IMG/VR virus record: IMGVR_UViG_3300020200_000038
Span: 1 to 54,815 of that record
Reading direction: 5' to 3' (one strand)
Source: a virus
Taxonomy: Duplodnaviria > Caudoviricetes
DNA: 54,815 nt
Part shown: one piece after another, positions 37,640 through 47,503 of the stretch
How the letters are laid out: the number at the start of each line of letters is the position of its first letter
Numbering within the stretch: the stretch's first letter is position 1
Notes under the pieces: generated by a model
Databases searched by the model: none
The model's input: the letters and a program-made list of their open reading frames with translations, nothing else
Told to the model about the DNA's origin: nothing
Program-made: the position numbers and the translations under genes

Positions 37640-38860
37640 ATGCTTGAAATCCAACTGTTTAAAAAATTTCTAAACTACCAATTCTATTTGGAGAACAAAC
37701 AGCATATCGCATTAGATATCTTTCCAGCTGATCTGCGTTCTTTGTATGTAGAGTTAGATAAGTTTTATAATAAATACGCCAGGGATATTAATCTAACAGA
37801 ATTTGCTCATTTCTATAAACTAGAAAATCCCACATTAACAGAAGCTAAGAGTCGGAATATTGATCGAGTATTCGATGCTATTAACAGCACGGAGAATTTA
37901 CATGATGATTTGGCTAGGGATGCTGTCCGCACTCTTGGTAAACGAGAATTTGCTAGACAAATAGCCGAGCGTGCTGTTAGAATTGCCTCTGGGCAAGAGG
38001 ATGACTTCAACAGCATCGTAACCTTATTAGAAAATTGTAATGGTGGGAATCTACTAGATACTAGATTTACCCCAGTAACTACGGATATTGATCAACTTAT
38101 TGAGTCACTGCAGTTACAAGGACGCTATACTCTGAATATCCCACAGTTACAGCAGGTTATCCCAGGCATTGGTCCTGGTAATTTGGTAATTGTATTTGCT
38201 CGCCCCGAAATCGGTAAGACTGCGTTTTGGGTCAGCTTATGTAGTGGACCTAACGGGTTTGCTGATCAGGGAGCCAGTATCCATGCTCTGATCAATGAAG
38301 AACCCGCTGTACGAACTATGATGCGAGCTATTAACTGCTATACAGGGCTTACGCTTGAAACTATTCAAGGTAATACGCAACAGACTAGAACCTTGTTCGC
38401 GCCTATTGCAAGCCGTTTGCATCTAGTAGACAGTGTAGATATGAGCATGAATCATGTTGATGATTATGTACGGCATAATCATCCAGACATTCTAGTCATA
38501 GATCAGCTGGATAAAGTACATATCGGAGGTTCATATGCACGTAGTGATGAAAAGCTAAAGGCAATTTATACTGCAACTAGAGAGATAGCCAAGCGGCATA
38601 ATTGCTTGGTTATTGCTGTGTCTCAGGCATCATATGATGCTGAAGGTAAGCGTGATTTGACGTATGCCATGTTGGATAATTCTAAGACCGGCAAGGCTGG
38701 TGAGGCTGACTTGATTATTGGTGTTGGTCATAATCCAGCTATTGATGCTGAGACTATAAGACATATTTATATCTCTAAGAATAAGATTAACGGTTGGCAT
38801 GGTGCCAGACAGGTGTTATTCAATGGGTCAATCTCAAGATATTACACTAACGAAAGTTAG
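37640..38860 (+). CDS. DnaB-like replicative helicase
   Basis: ARPEIGKT, NEE, VIDQ, VSQA, EADLIIG, KNK motifs. Confidence 0.9.
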   Translation: MLEIQLFKKFLNYQFYLENKQHIALDIFPADLRSLYVELDKFYNKYARDINLTEFAHFYKLENPTLTEAKSRNIDRVFDAINSTENLHDDLARDAVRTLGKREFARQIAERAVRIASGQEDDFNSIVTLLENCNGGNLLDTRFTPVTTDIDQLIESLQLQGRYTLNIPQLQQVIPGIGPGNLVIVFARPEIGKTAFWVSLCSGPNGFADQGASIHALINEEPAVRTMMRAINCYTGLTLETIQGNTQQTRTLFAPIASRLHLVDSVDMSMNHVDDYVRHNHPDILVIDQLDKVHIGGSYARSDEKLKAIYTATREIAKRHNCLVIAVSQASYDAEGKRDLTYAMLDNSKTGKAGEADLIIGVGHNPAIDAETIRHIYISKNKINGWHGARQVLFNGSISRYYTNES

Positions 38861-39674
38861 TAATGTTGTTGGGCATTATATAGTATTGGATGCACTGTTG
38901 TTCTTTCTTAACAAACATTCTAGATGTAAGTTTTGGATTGCCGGTGGTTTCCCATTAAACGTCTACGATAATTTCATAAAAAAAAGAATATCAAACGGTA
39001 CTACAAGTAATTTCTTATCGCATGATATTGATGTATTTTTTGATAATAAGACTGAGGCTGCAAGACTCAACAGCTTTATTAATCGACTGGATGTTATTTT
39101 TCATCGGTGTACGGCTGAAAATGACCATGTCAGAATGGATATTATATTCTCGTATATATTTGGTAATAATGGTTGTTTATGTATGACAATGTATAAAACA
39201 TTAAATGCTTATAATTTTTATCTTAGAGTTCCAGCCTTTAATGTTAAACTTTACCATAACGATCATGTAATATCTCTTATTAAGACATTTACAACAGATA
39301 ATCCAGAAAATCTTATCAAGCGATTTGACTTTACTGTCTGTCAGTTCTATATAGATAAATATGGTGATTTATACGGTTCTCCAGAGGGGATGCAAGACTG
39401 GAATGACAAGAAGCTTTGTTTATCAAGCTATGGTCCGCATCCAACATTTATATCCAGAGTAAATAAATATAAACACAGATATAAACTTACTTTAGATGAA
39501 ACTCTTGCTAAAGCCTATGGGGCAGCTAAGGTACGGATGCATGTAGATCCGGAGATGAATAATGAAATTGTTGAATTCCAAGATGAAAATGATTATGGAG
39601 AAATATTAACAGGAGGCATGATCAATGAAGAAGAAAAAGCAGCAAGTGCCGAGCAAGTTCCCAATCAATCTTAG
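38799..39674 (+). CDS. nucleotidyltransferase-fold protein (CCA/poly(A) polymerase head-like)
   Basis: IAGG...DIDVFF...FDFTVCQ...R..KY; start uncertain. Confidence 0.7.
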   Translation: MVPDRCYSMGQSQDITLTKVSNVVGHYIVLDALLFFLNKHSRCKFWIAGGFPLNVYDNFIKKRISNGTTSNFLSHDIDVFFDNKTEAARLNSFINRLDVIFHRCTAENDHVRMDIIFSYIFGNNGCLCMTMYKTLNAYNFYLRVPAFNVKLYHNDHVISLIKTFTTDNPENLIKRFDFTVCQFYIDKYGDLYGSPEGMQDWNDKKLCLSSYGPHPTFISRVNKYKHRYKLTLDETLAKAYGAAKVRMHVDPEMNNEIVEFQDENDYGEILTGGMINEEEKAASAEQVPNQS

Positions 39675-40218
39675 CATACAAAACTGTAAGATTGCTTTAG
39701 TAGGGGAAGCTCCAGGACAACTAGAAGAAGAACTTAATGAACCATTCGTTGGTCGTGCTGGTAAGTTGCTTAATAGGCTTCTGAAAGATGCCACCATTGA
39801 TAGAGACGAGTGTTACATAACTAACGTGTTTAAGGAGCGACCAGAGAATAACAAAATTGATAAGTTCTTTATATCCCGTCGTCAACTGGTTGTTGAAAAT
39901 GAAGATCTACATACTTATGGTACTCCATTTAAAACATTTTATTTAGACAAACAGTACAATAAGTATCTAACTATGTTACATCGAGAATTAACTGAAATTA
40001 ATCCTGCTGTTATCATCGCATTAGGAGCCATCCCATTATGGGCTTTTACCGGACGGTCTGATATATCAACAGCACGAGGAATTAGTTTATTGTGGAATAA
40101 CATCCCATTGATCGCAACATTTCATCCTGCATATTTACTGCATGGGAATATGGGGCATAAAGATAAAGTAGTTGCTGATCTAGGAATGGCTAAATCGGTG
40201 GCTAATGGTACTAAGTGA
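39625..40218 (+). CDS. uracil-DNA glycosylase (family 4-like)
   Basis: VGEAPG..E...EPFVG.AG, YITNV, ALG, TFHPAYLL. Confidence 0.85.
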   Translation: MKKKKQQVPSKFPINLSIQNCKIALVGEAPGQLEEELNEPFVGRAGKLLNRLLKDATIDRDECYITNVFKERPENNKIDKFFISRRQLVVENEDLHTYGTPFKTFYLDKQYNKYLTMLHRELTEINPAVIIALGAIPLWAFTGRSDISTARGISLLWNNIPLIATFHPAYLLHGNMGHKDKVVADLGMAKSVANGTK

Positions 40219-42272
40219 TGCAGACAGTAATTGACTGTGAGACCAGCTATCAGGTAGTCGACGGGAAGAAAGATCCCTCCCCGTTTAATAATAAGAATAA
40301 ACTAGTCTCTTTGGGTTATAACACTTCGACCGGTAAATCCAACTACCTGTTCTTTGCTCATAATCAACTTTCAGATATACCATTAAAACAAAATTTTAAT
40401 GAATTACAAATCATCTTGGATCAGACCACACTTCTGATTGGTCACAATATTAAGTTTGATCTAGAATGGCTCTTGGAGTGTGGGTTTAAATACTCTGGCT
40501 TATTATGGGACACTATGGTGTGCGAGTATGTATTTGCTCGTGGACTCAAACCTAGTTTTAATCTTAATAATGTAGCCAAAACGTATGGGTTTGAGGGTAA
40601 AGATAAAAATATTGAAGAATATCTACGCCAGAACATATCGTTCGAGGATATTCCGCCCACTATTATTGAAACGTATGGGCGTCAAGATGTTAGCCAAACC
40701 GGTAAAATATTCCTACAACAAGAAGAACGCCTGAGCAAAGAAGACAATATCTTAAAGCCCACAGTTCACATGTCGATGGACTTTATTTGGCCATTGATTG
40801 CCATGGAACGTAATGGCATTAAGATTGACACGAATATTCTCAAAGCTTTAGAACAGCAATATACCATTGAATACAATGAGATAGAGGCTAATCTTAAGAA
40901 AATTATTCAGCAGGTGATGGGGGCTACCCCGATCAATTTGAATAGTCCTGAACAACTATCTTTATTAATATACTCTCGTAAGGTAAAAGATAAGGCCAAG
41001 TGGCGAGAGACATTTAACATAGGAAGTGAACTCAGAGGATCAATAGTAAAGTCTAAGTATAAGACAAAAATGGATAATTTGAATTTTATTAAAGTAGTAC
41101 GTGAACAGACGGAGGTTGTCTACAAAACTGAAGCTGTACATTGTACCACATGTAACGGACTAGGGTTCTTTTACAAGATTAAGAAGGATGGGAACCCCTT
41201 CAAAAAATCGACCGTCTGTAGGGCCTGCGGGGGCCGTGGGTTCACGTATAAGAGTCTTCCTATGGTAGCTGGCCTTAAAGCTGTTCCTGCGTCCTACGAG
41301 GATACAGCGGACGGTGGGTTTGTTACTGACGGATATACTTTAAGTATACTGAAAAATAGAGTGACAACTAAGGCTGCTGCTGTTATTGATCTGCTGATCC
41401 GAAGAAATAAATTAAGCACGTATCTAGACACATTTATTAGGGCTTTAAGTAAAGTAGACAATAGCAGTATTCTGCATCCCAGCTTCATGCAGTGTGCTAC
41501 AGCCACAGGTCGGCTTTCATCCAGAAATCCAAACTTCCAGAACCAACCTAGAGGGGATAAGTTCCCATTAAGGAAGGTTGTAGTGTCCAGGTTTGACGGT
41601 GGCCATATCTTAGAAGGAGATTATTCACAGCTTGAGTTTAGGGTTGCTGCAGAACTTTCTGACTGCAAGGTAGCCTATCAGGATATTGTAGATGGGGTTG
41701 ACATACATGCCCAAACAGCTAATATACTAGGATGTTCCAGGCAGGATGCTAAACCTGATACGTTCAAACCTTTATATGGCGGACAGACTGGAACAGATAA
41801 GCAACAAGCATATTATTCTTTCTTTTTAAAAAAGTATTCGGGTATTTCGGCATATCATGTTAAATTACAGAATGAGGCAGTAACGAATAAAGTAATTCGA
41901 ATACCTACCGGAAGGGAATACGCATTTCCTAATGCACAGTGGATGCGAAATGGTTCGGCTACATTCGCAACAAAAATAAAGAACTATCCGGTACAAGGAT
42001 TTGCTACCGGAGATATTGTCCCTATATCATCAATACTTATTTATAAGCTTATGATTGAAAAGAAAGTTAAGTCACTGTTAATAAACGAAGTACATGATTC
42101 TAATATTGCTGATGTATTTCCTGGTGAAGAACAAGTTATGATTGAGATCTTTACTCAAGGAATGCTTGGAGTTAAAGAAGAACTTGTTAGACGGTATAAC
42201 TATAAACTTACTGTTCCACTATCTATTGAATTAAAGATAGGGGAGAATTGGCTGGAATTAAAGAAATTATGA
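40215..42272 (+). CDS. family A DNA polymerase with 3'-5' exonuclease and DnaJ-like Zn-finger insert
   Basis: DCET, GHNIKFD; CTTCNGLG and CRACGGRG; TGRLSS, DYSQLEFR, R..AK..TF..LYG, VHDS. Confidence 0.95.
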   Translation: MMQTVIDCETSYQVVDGKKDPSPFNNKNKLVSLGYNTSTGKSNYLFFAHNQLSDIPLKQNFNELQIILDQTTLLIGHNIKFDLEWLLECGFKYSGLLWDTMVCEYVFARGLKPSFNLNNVAKTYGFEGKDKNIEEYLRQNISFEDIPPTIIETYGRQDVSQTGKIFLQQEERLSKEDNILKPTVHMSMDFIWPLIAMERNGIKIDTNILKALEQQYTIEYNEIEANLKKIIQQVMGATPINLNSPEQLSLLIYSRKVKDKAKWRETFNIGSELRGSIVKSKYKTKMDNLNFIKVVREQTEVVYKTEAVHCTTCNGLGFFYKIKKDGNPFKKSTVCRACGGRGFTYKSLPMVAGLKAVPASYEDTADGGFVTDGYTLSILKNRVTTKAAAVIDLLIRRNKLSTYLDTFIRALSKVDNSSILHPSFMQCATATGRLSSRNPNFQNQPRGDKFPLRKVVVSRFDGGHILEGDYSQLEFRVAAELSDCKVAYQDIVDGVDIHAQTANILGCSRQDAKPDTFKPLYGGQTGTDKQQAYYSFFLKKYSGISAYHVKLQNEAVTNKVIRIPTGREYAFPNAQWMRNGSATFATKIKNYPVQGFATGDIVPISSILIYKLMIEKKVKSLLINEVHDSNIADVFPGEEQVMIEIFTQGMLGVKEELVRRYNYKLTVPLSIELKIGENWLELKKL

Positions 42273-42535
42273 GTGAAGATTTTAAAAACTTAAATATAGT
42301 TGATAAATTTGAAGAAGATTGTACAATAAACCATGAGTTTATTCGATGTGAATCATTGCTTAAATATTTGTTAGATGATTATCAAGCATTATATAATACT
42401 AAGAATATGCCTAAGTATTTATATATATCTGAACTATTTGAATTACAAAGCATATTGATGTATTTATGTATGGTGAATTATCCAAATATTAAAATTAAAA
42501 AACATAAAAATAGGACATTTATGAATGATCGGTAA
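42269..42535 (+). CDS. hypothetical protein (AT-rich)
   Basis: ATG overlapping the polymerase stop. Confidence 0.45.
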   Translation: MSEDFKNLNIVDKFEEDCTINHEFIRCESLLKYLLDDYQALYNTKNMPKYLYISELFELQSILMYLCMVNYPNIKIKKHKNRTFMNDR

Positions 42536-42658
42536 TATATTTAGTGGTATCGTGATTACCTTGGTATTATTATATATACTGGGGACTGAAGCAGTGTTCC
42601 AGTTGTTGTATTAATATCACACCGTTTAACAAAAATGCATGTGGCAGGTAGATTTTAC

Positions 42659-42687
42659 TTGACTTTTCGGAAAATACATAATACAAC
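42659..42687 (+). promoter_or_regulatory. possible sigma70 promoter
   Basis: TTGACT-17bp-TACAAC before the SSB gene. Confidence 0.4.
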
Positions 42688-42714
42688 TCTATCAACTAAG
42701 GAGAAATATAATCT

Positions 42715-43563
42715 ATGACTCAAACACAAATGCTATCAAATGAAGAGATTATGGCTCTGTCAGGCCAAAAAACCAGCACAGAGGGTTTGTTCCGTATCCG
42801 TATCAATACGGAACTGGAGGATGATGCCAAGAACCGCCTGCCAGTAGGCACTTTCGTGCTCCCCAATCCAGCTGATCGAGTCTCTGTAGTCTATGCTGAC
42901 TCGGTCAGTATTCGTCCATTTGTTCGGGGATTCTGGTATGGTGTGTACAATGCCAAGAACAACCGATATGATCCACGTACCACAATCGTTTCGAATCTAA
43001 GTGAAGAAATGCCAGACACATCTGGTAACATTCGTTGTGGTAAGGTTGATAAGAGTAAACTGAATGAACTCACCGAAGCTGAAAAGCTTAAGCAGAAACA
43101 GATTCGTTGCTACATCAATCTGTATGGTCTAGTCTCAGCCAATGCCAAGACCAAGGATGGTACAAATGTTGCCGTAACTAATGTTCCTGTATTCATCCGT
43201 GGAAGCGGCAGTAGCTTTATGCCGCTGAGTGAGGCTGTTGATGTGTTCACCAAGCAACGTAAGCCTATGTTGAGTTACAATATCAAGCTTACGACTAAGC
43301 GTGAGAAGAAAGGGGGAAATACCTATTATGTTATCATTGCTGAAGCACAGACTAACAACGATCCAATCCCATTATCTCCGGATGCTGTTGAGCAGCTGAA
43401 TGTTTTCAGGAAGATCATTGACGATGAGAACAAAACTATCATGAATATCAACACTAAGTTTCGTATAGGCAATATTGCCAAGACAGTCACGGATATTGCA
43501 GATACACATGAATTGGCAGATGATCTAAATGATCGCCTTGCTGTCGCTGTAGACTTCGCTTAA
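42715..43563 (+). CDS. putative single-stranded DNA-binding protein
   Basis: Strong AAGGAG RBS, position after the polymerase, acidic C-terminal region with terminal aromatic residue. Confidence 0.6.
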   Translation: MTQTQMLSNEEIMALSGQKTSTEGLFRIRINTELEDDAKNRLPVGTFVLPNPADRVSVVYADSVSIRPFVRGFWYGVYNAKNNRYDPRTTIVSNLSEEMPDTSGNIRCGKVDKSKLNELTEAEKLKQKQIRCYINLYGLVSANAKTKDGTNVAVTNVPVFIRGSGSSFMPLSEAVDVFTKQRKPMLSYNIKLTTKREKKGGNTYYVIIAEAQTNNDPIPLSPDAVEQLNVFRKIIDDENKTIMNINTKFRIGNIAKTVTDIADTHELADDLNDRLAVAVDFA

Positions 43564-43644
43564 TTATGATCGGGTCTCATCAGCTTTAGGCTCGCCCGAA
43601 TATCAACCTAAGTAGAGATGACGGTTGACTTTTAAAGGAATACT

Positions 43645-43872
43645 ATGAGTGAAATTAATAGTTCTTTATTCCAAGATAACCAAGGTTGGTATTTTTGGAA
43701 TGATGATTGGACAGAATACTTCGGTCCATTTTTAAGTAGAGAAGAAGCACAGGATGCATTTTACGCATATTGTAGGTGGATAGATGACTCATCAACTCTT
43801 AATAAGAATGGAGGATTTTCTATATCAGACGGCGATAGGACCCGTTGGTATACCCGAGAAAATTTTAATTGA
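43645..43872 (+). CDS. conserved phage hypothetical protein
   Basis: GWYFW......GPF.S.EEA motif; AAGGA RBS. Confidence 0.65.
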   Translation: MSEINSSLFQDNQGWYFWNDDWTEYFGPFLSREEAQDAFYAYCRWIDDSSTLNKNGGFSISDGDRTRWYTRENFN

Positions 43873-44683
43873 AGCTTTTGGTGCAGCTTGCAGTAAAGCT
43901 TTAGAAAAGCAGTTCTCGCCCAAGAAGCCGTTCACTATCCGCATGTCCAATATCGGCATGCCGATGTGTCAGTTAAAGATGGAGCGAGACGGGAATCGTA
44001 AGTTAGATCAGAGCTACACCCAGCCTCTTGTTTTTCTGTATGGAGATTTGCTTGAAGCAGCATTAATCACTATTATGAAGATGGCTGGTGTTAATATCAC
44101 CCACGAACAAAAAAAAGTTACCTTGAATGTAGGTGGGATCTCTCTAGAAGGAACTTTAGACATTGTTATTGAAGACCCAGGCTTGTATGGTGTATGGGAT
44201 ATCAAAACAGCATCTGATTTCTCATTCAACAATAAATTTGGGTTAGGGTTTGATACTCTAGTAAAAAATGATCCATTTGGATATATTCTCCAGGGTGCAC
44301 TGTATGGTGCAGCTTCTGGTATTCCTTTTAGAGGATGGATTGTTATTAACAAAGAGAATGGTCAGCTAAAGGTATTAGAAGTTCCTGATAATTTTCAGAA
44401 TATGATTCCTGAATTAATACAGGAAGTAGATGCACGAATTAGAAGGCTTACATCAAAAGAGAAGTTTTATAGAGAATTTGAAGATGTGGCTGAAATGTTT
44501 CGGAAGAAACCAACTGGCAATCGTAAACTAGATACTACATGTTCATATTGTATACATAAATGGGCCTGTTGGGTAAACGTAGTTTATATGCCAAGACAGT
44601 GTGGCGATAGCCTAAATGCCCCATGGGCATGGTATACGCATGTAGAAAGTAAGAATGATGCAGACACAATCGAGGAAGGCTAA
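43784..44683 (+). CDS. PD-(D/E)XK (Cas4-like) exonuclease
   Basis: RMSNIG..C, G.LD, WDIKTAS, Q..LY, C.YC.....C. Confidence 0.85.
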   Translation: MTHQLLIRMEDFLYQTAIGPVGIPEKILIEAFGAACSKALEKQFSPKKPFTIRMSNIGMPMCQLKMERDGNRKLDQSYTQPLVFLYGDLLEAALITIMKMAGVNITHEQKKVTLNVGGISLEGTLDIVIEDPGLYGVWDIKTASDFSFNNKFGLGFDTLVKNDPFGYILQGALYGAASGIPFRGWIVINKENGQLKVLEVPDNFQNMIPELIQEVDARIRRLTSKEKFYREFEDVAEMFRKKPTGNRKLDTTCSYCIHKWACWVNVVYMPRQCGDSLNAPWAWYTHVESKNDADTIEEG

Positions 44684-45023
44684 AGGTAGGCGATTACAGA
44701 ATTGGGTTGTAGATAAACTAAAAGCATATTTCAATTATGCTGATGGAGACATACGATCAGCTATAATGGGAGAAACAGGATCGGATATTAAACTAACACC
44801 AGAGGCTTTACAAACATTCAATTTTGATATAGAATGTAAAAATCAAGAAGGTTTTAACAATGTATATAAAGCTTTTGAACAATCAAGATTACGGACTTGC
44901 AATTCTACCAAGGAAGCATTGCTAATACTGAAAATGAATAACCGAAAGCCCCTAGCTGTACTAGATGCAAATCTGTTTTTTAAGTTCGCATCTAGGGAAT
45001 TATCAACCATTAAGGATGATTAG
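44655..45023 (+). CDS. Holliday junction resolvase-like endonuclease
   Basis: KAKGRRLQ, MGE.G.DI, IECKNQE. Confidence 0.8.
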   Translation: MMQTQSRKAKGRRLQNWVVDKLKAYFNYADGDIRSAIMGETGSDIKLTPEALQTFNFDIECKNQEGFNNVYKAFEQSRLRTCNSTKEALLILKMNNRKPLAVLDANLFFKFASRELSTIKDD

Positions 45024-45327
45024 AATGACTCGCATGATTCAACAAACGATTAGTCTTTATACGGATGAAGTAGCGCTTATCATTAGACCTGGGAAAACTC
45101 CGGGAGCTTTTAGTTGTGCAGTTTATAATGAAACTAAGGAGGATGATACACTATTCAAGTTTGCTGTAGGTTTAGCTGATCTATTATTACATTCACCCGG
45201 TGAAGTTCATGCATTAGGTGAGAAAGAGTTGCTGCGTTCAGCTAAGGAAACTATGGATAAGAATCCGGCTGGTAACCCGGATGAACTACTAATTGTACAA
45301 GAGGAACCAATTAAGGATGGCGCGTAA
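45024..45327 (+). CDS. hypothetical protein
   Basis: ORF in the operon; start approximate. Confidence 0.55.
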
Positions 45328-46102
45328 TCATTTAGTCATAGGTGATCCACATGCTAAACCTGGAGTTTCTAATGAGCGATTTACTTGGCTGGGCAAATTC
45401 ATAGTAGAGAAGAAACCTGAGATTATAGTGTGTATGGGTGACATGGCTGATATGGAAAGCTTGTCATCTTATGATCGCGGCAAGAAAGACTTTGAAGGTA
45501 GGCGCTATCAGAATGATATAGCAGCTGTTCAAGATGCACTTGCTAAGATTCAACAACCGATGGATGATTATAATGCAGTACGTAAACGCAATAAGGAAAA
45601 ACAATATAAACCCAAGAAGTACATGATTGTTGGTAATCATGAGGAAAGAATAGATCGGGCTATTCAGCTTCATCCAGAATTAGAAGGTACATTTTCTATA
45701 GAGGATTTAGATTATGAGCGTTATGGCTGGCATGTGCAGCCTTACCGATGTGCATTGGAACTGGATGGTATTTATTATTGCCATTACTTTCCTACTGGCG
45801 TGTCTGGGGAACCTATATCTGGGGTCAATGTCGCTCAAGGACTATTGGGCAAGAACATGGTCTCTTGTGTTGTGGGTCATAATCACATATTTGATTATGC
45901 TAGTCGTTCTAGTCCAGGTGGAAGACGAATGCACGCGCTATCTGTTGGATGTTATTTCGAACACACTGATAAGTTTGCAACAGCTATTGAACATCTTTGG
46001 TGGCGTGGCTTAGTTTATTTAAAAGGTGTTTGTGATGGAGACTTTGATGTCAATACCTACAGATACAAATCCCTTAAAGAGCGTTATGGAAATGTGGCTT
46101 GA
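45317..46102 (+). CDS. calcineurin-like metallophosphoesterase
   Basis: GDPH, GDMAD, GNHE, H, GHNH motifs. Confidence 0.85.
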   Translation: MARNHLVIGDPHAKPGVSNERFTWLGKFIVEKKPEIIVCMGDMADMESLSSYDRGKKDFEGRRYQNDIAAVQDALAKIQQPMDDYNAVRKRNKEKQYKPKKYMIVGNHEERIDRAIQLHPELEGTFSIEDLDYERYGWHVQPYRCALELDGIYYCHYFPTGVSGEPISGVNVAQGLLGKNMVSCVVGHNHIFDYASRSSPGGRRMHALSVGCYFEHTDKFATAIEHLWWRGLVYLKGVCDGDFDVNTYRYKSLKERYGNVA

Positions 46103-46466
46103 TGGTTATATTGCTAGTATAGGTCTTATGCGGGAGTATGCGGTGGAGAAAGGAGTCAAGTTTGATAATGATAAATTACGTTGGGATCTATTGCCACGTG
46201 ATGCTCTAGAAGAACTAGTCAAGGTTTATACTTTAGGAGCTAAGAAGTATGGAGATAATAACTACTTGAACGGTATGGACTGGTCTCGTATCATAGGAGC
46301 ACTTGAACGTCATTTAACTGCATTCATTAAGGGGGAAACACATGATAAGGAAGATGGGCAACATCATTTAGCCTCAGTAGTCTGGAATGCATTAACACTG
46401 CTGACTTATGATCTTCGTAAGATCCCTAATGATAATATTCGTATCCCACCAGGAATTGTGGAATGA
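46092..46466 (+). CDS. dATP/dGTP diphosphohydrolase-like (DUF5664-type) protein
   Basis: K.D..K.RWDLLP...GAKKYG..N...G...RH...E..D.E.G.HHLA...WN; start uncertain. Confidence 0.75.
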   Translation: MWLDGYIASIGLMREYAVEKGVKFDNDKLRWDLLPRDALEELVKVYTLGAKKYGDNNYLNGMDWSRIIGALERHLTAFIKGETHDKEDGQHHLASVVWNALTLLTYDLRKIPNDNIRIPPGIVE

Positions 46467-46933
46467 GAAAAGTATATCTAGCTGGTCCTATTACAGGGAC
46501 AACCTATAAAAAATGTGTAGATTGGCGTAATACCGTTACTACAGAGCTGCTGAATCGTGGAATCAATGCGGTATCGCCTATGCGTGGCAAGGAAAATATG
46601 TGTAAGTTTAAGGGCATTATTGAGAATGATCTTAAAACTGACGATATTAATCGCACCCCTGCCGGTATCACAACACGGGATCATTTTGATATCTGTAATG
46701 CTGATATCATTTTTATGTATATGCCTGCTGATCAACCACTATCGCTAGGTACAGCAATTGAATTGGGTTGGGCCGACATGCTAGACAAGCCTGTTGTACT
46801 TGTCAGCGATAGTCCAGCTGTGACCAATCATCCCATGGTTGATAACATCGTGGGTTGGAAAGTCAAGACCTTAGAGGAAGGTATCAAGGTTGTATATGAG
46901 ATGCTGCAACCCTACATTAAACATGGAAAGTAA
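46463..46933 (+). CDS. nucleoside 2-deoxyribosyltransferase/hydrolase-like protein
   Basis: VYLAGPI...WR...D..DI...D...GT..ELGWA....KPV. Confidence 0.8.
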   Translation: MRKVYLAGPITGTTYKKCVDWRNTVTTELLNRGINAVSPMRGKENMCKFKGIIENDLKTDDINRTPAGITTRDHFDICNADIIFMYMPADQPLSLGTAIELGWADMLDKPVVLVSDSPAVTNHPMVDNIVGWKVKTLEEGIKVVYEMLQPYIKHGK

Positions 46934-47282
46934 TTTAATGAACACATCTGTAACAAATTTTATACAAGCTTTTAATCAACTAGCCCAGGATATCACTACT
47001 CAGTGTAAGGCCAAGGGCTTTGCTGACAATTGGAATGATGGAGAGAAGATCGCTTTGATGCATTGTGAGCTATCAGAGGCTCTGGAAGAACTACGTCGTA
47101 ACAATCAGGAGCTATCTGAGAAGCTTAATGGTGAGGTTACCAAGTTCACCGAAGAGCTTGCCGATACAATCATTCGAATTATGGATTTCGCTGGTCATTA
47201 TAATCTGAACTTAGGTAAGGCTATTGTCATGAAGCATGATTACAACAGTAAACGGCCATATCGGCACAGCAAGAGGTTTTAA
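46924..47282 (+). CDS. MazG-like nucleotide pyrophosphohydrolase
   Basis: ALMH.ELSEALE...EELAD..IR..D...K..YN..R.YRH. Confidence 0.8.
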
Positions 47283-47503
47283 TGGCCTATTCTGAACTAC
47301 ACACAAAGAAAGGCTACCGGCTTGGTAATTACTATACGTTGTGGCGTAGTACTATGAATAGGCGTGATATTTTTATAATTGAGAATGGTAGCCGTAAGAA
47401 TATTGCCAGGTGCTATACTTGGGATGAAGCAAATTACATAATGGACGCATTAGAAGTATATAAAAAGATAGAAAAGGAAATCGATGCCGAAGTTTCGAAG
47501 TGA
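47282..47503 (+). CDS. hypothetical protein
   Basis: Translationally coupled small ORF. Confidence 0.5.
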   Translation: MAYSELHTKKGYRLGNYYTLWRSTMNRRDIFIIENGSRKNIARCYTWDEANYIMDALEVYKKIEKEIDAEVSK

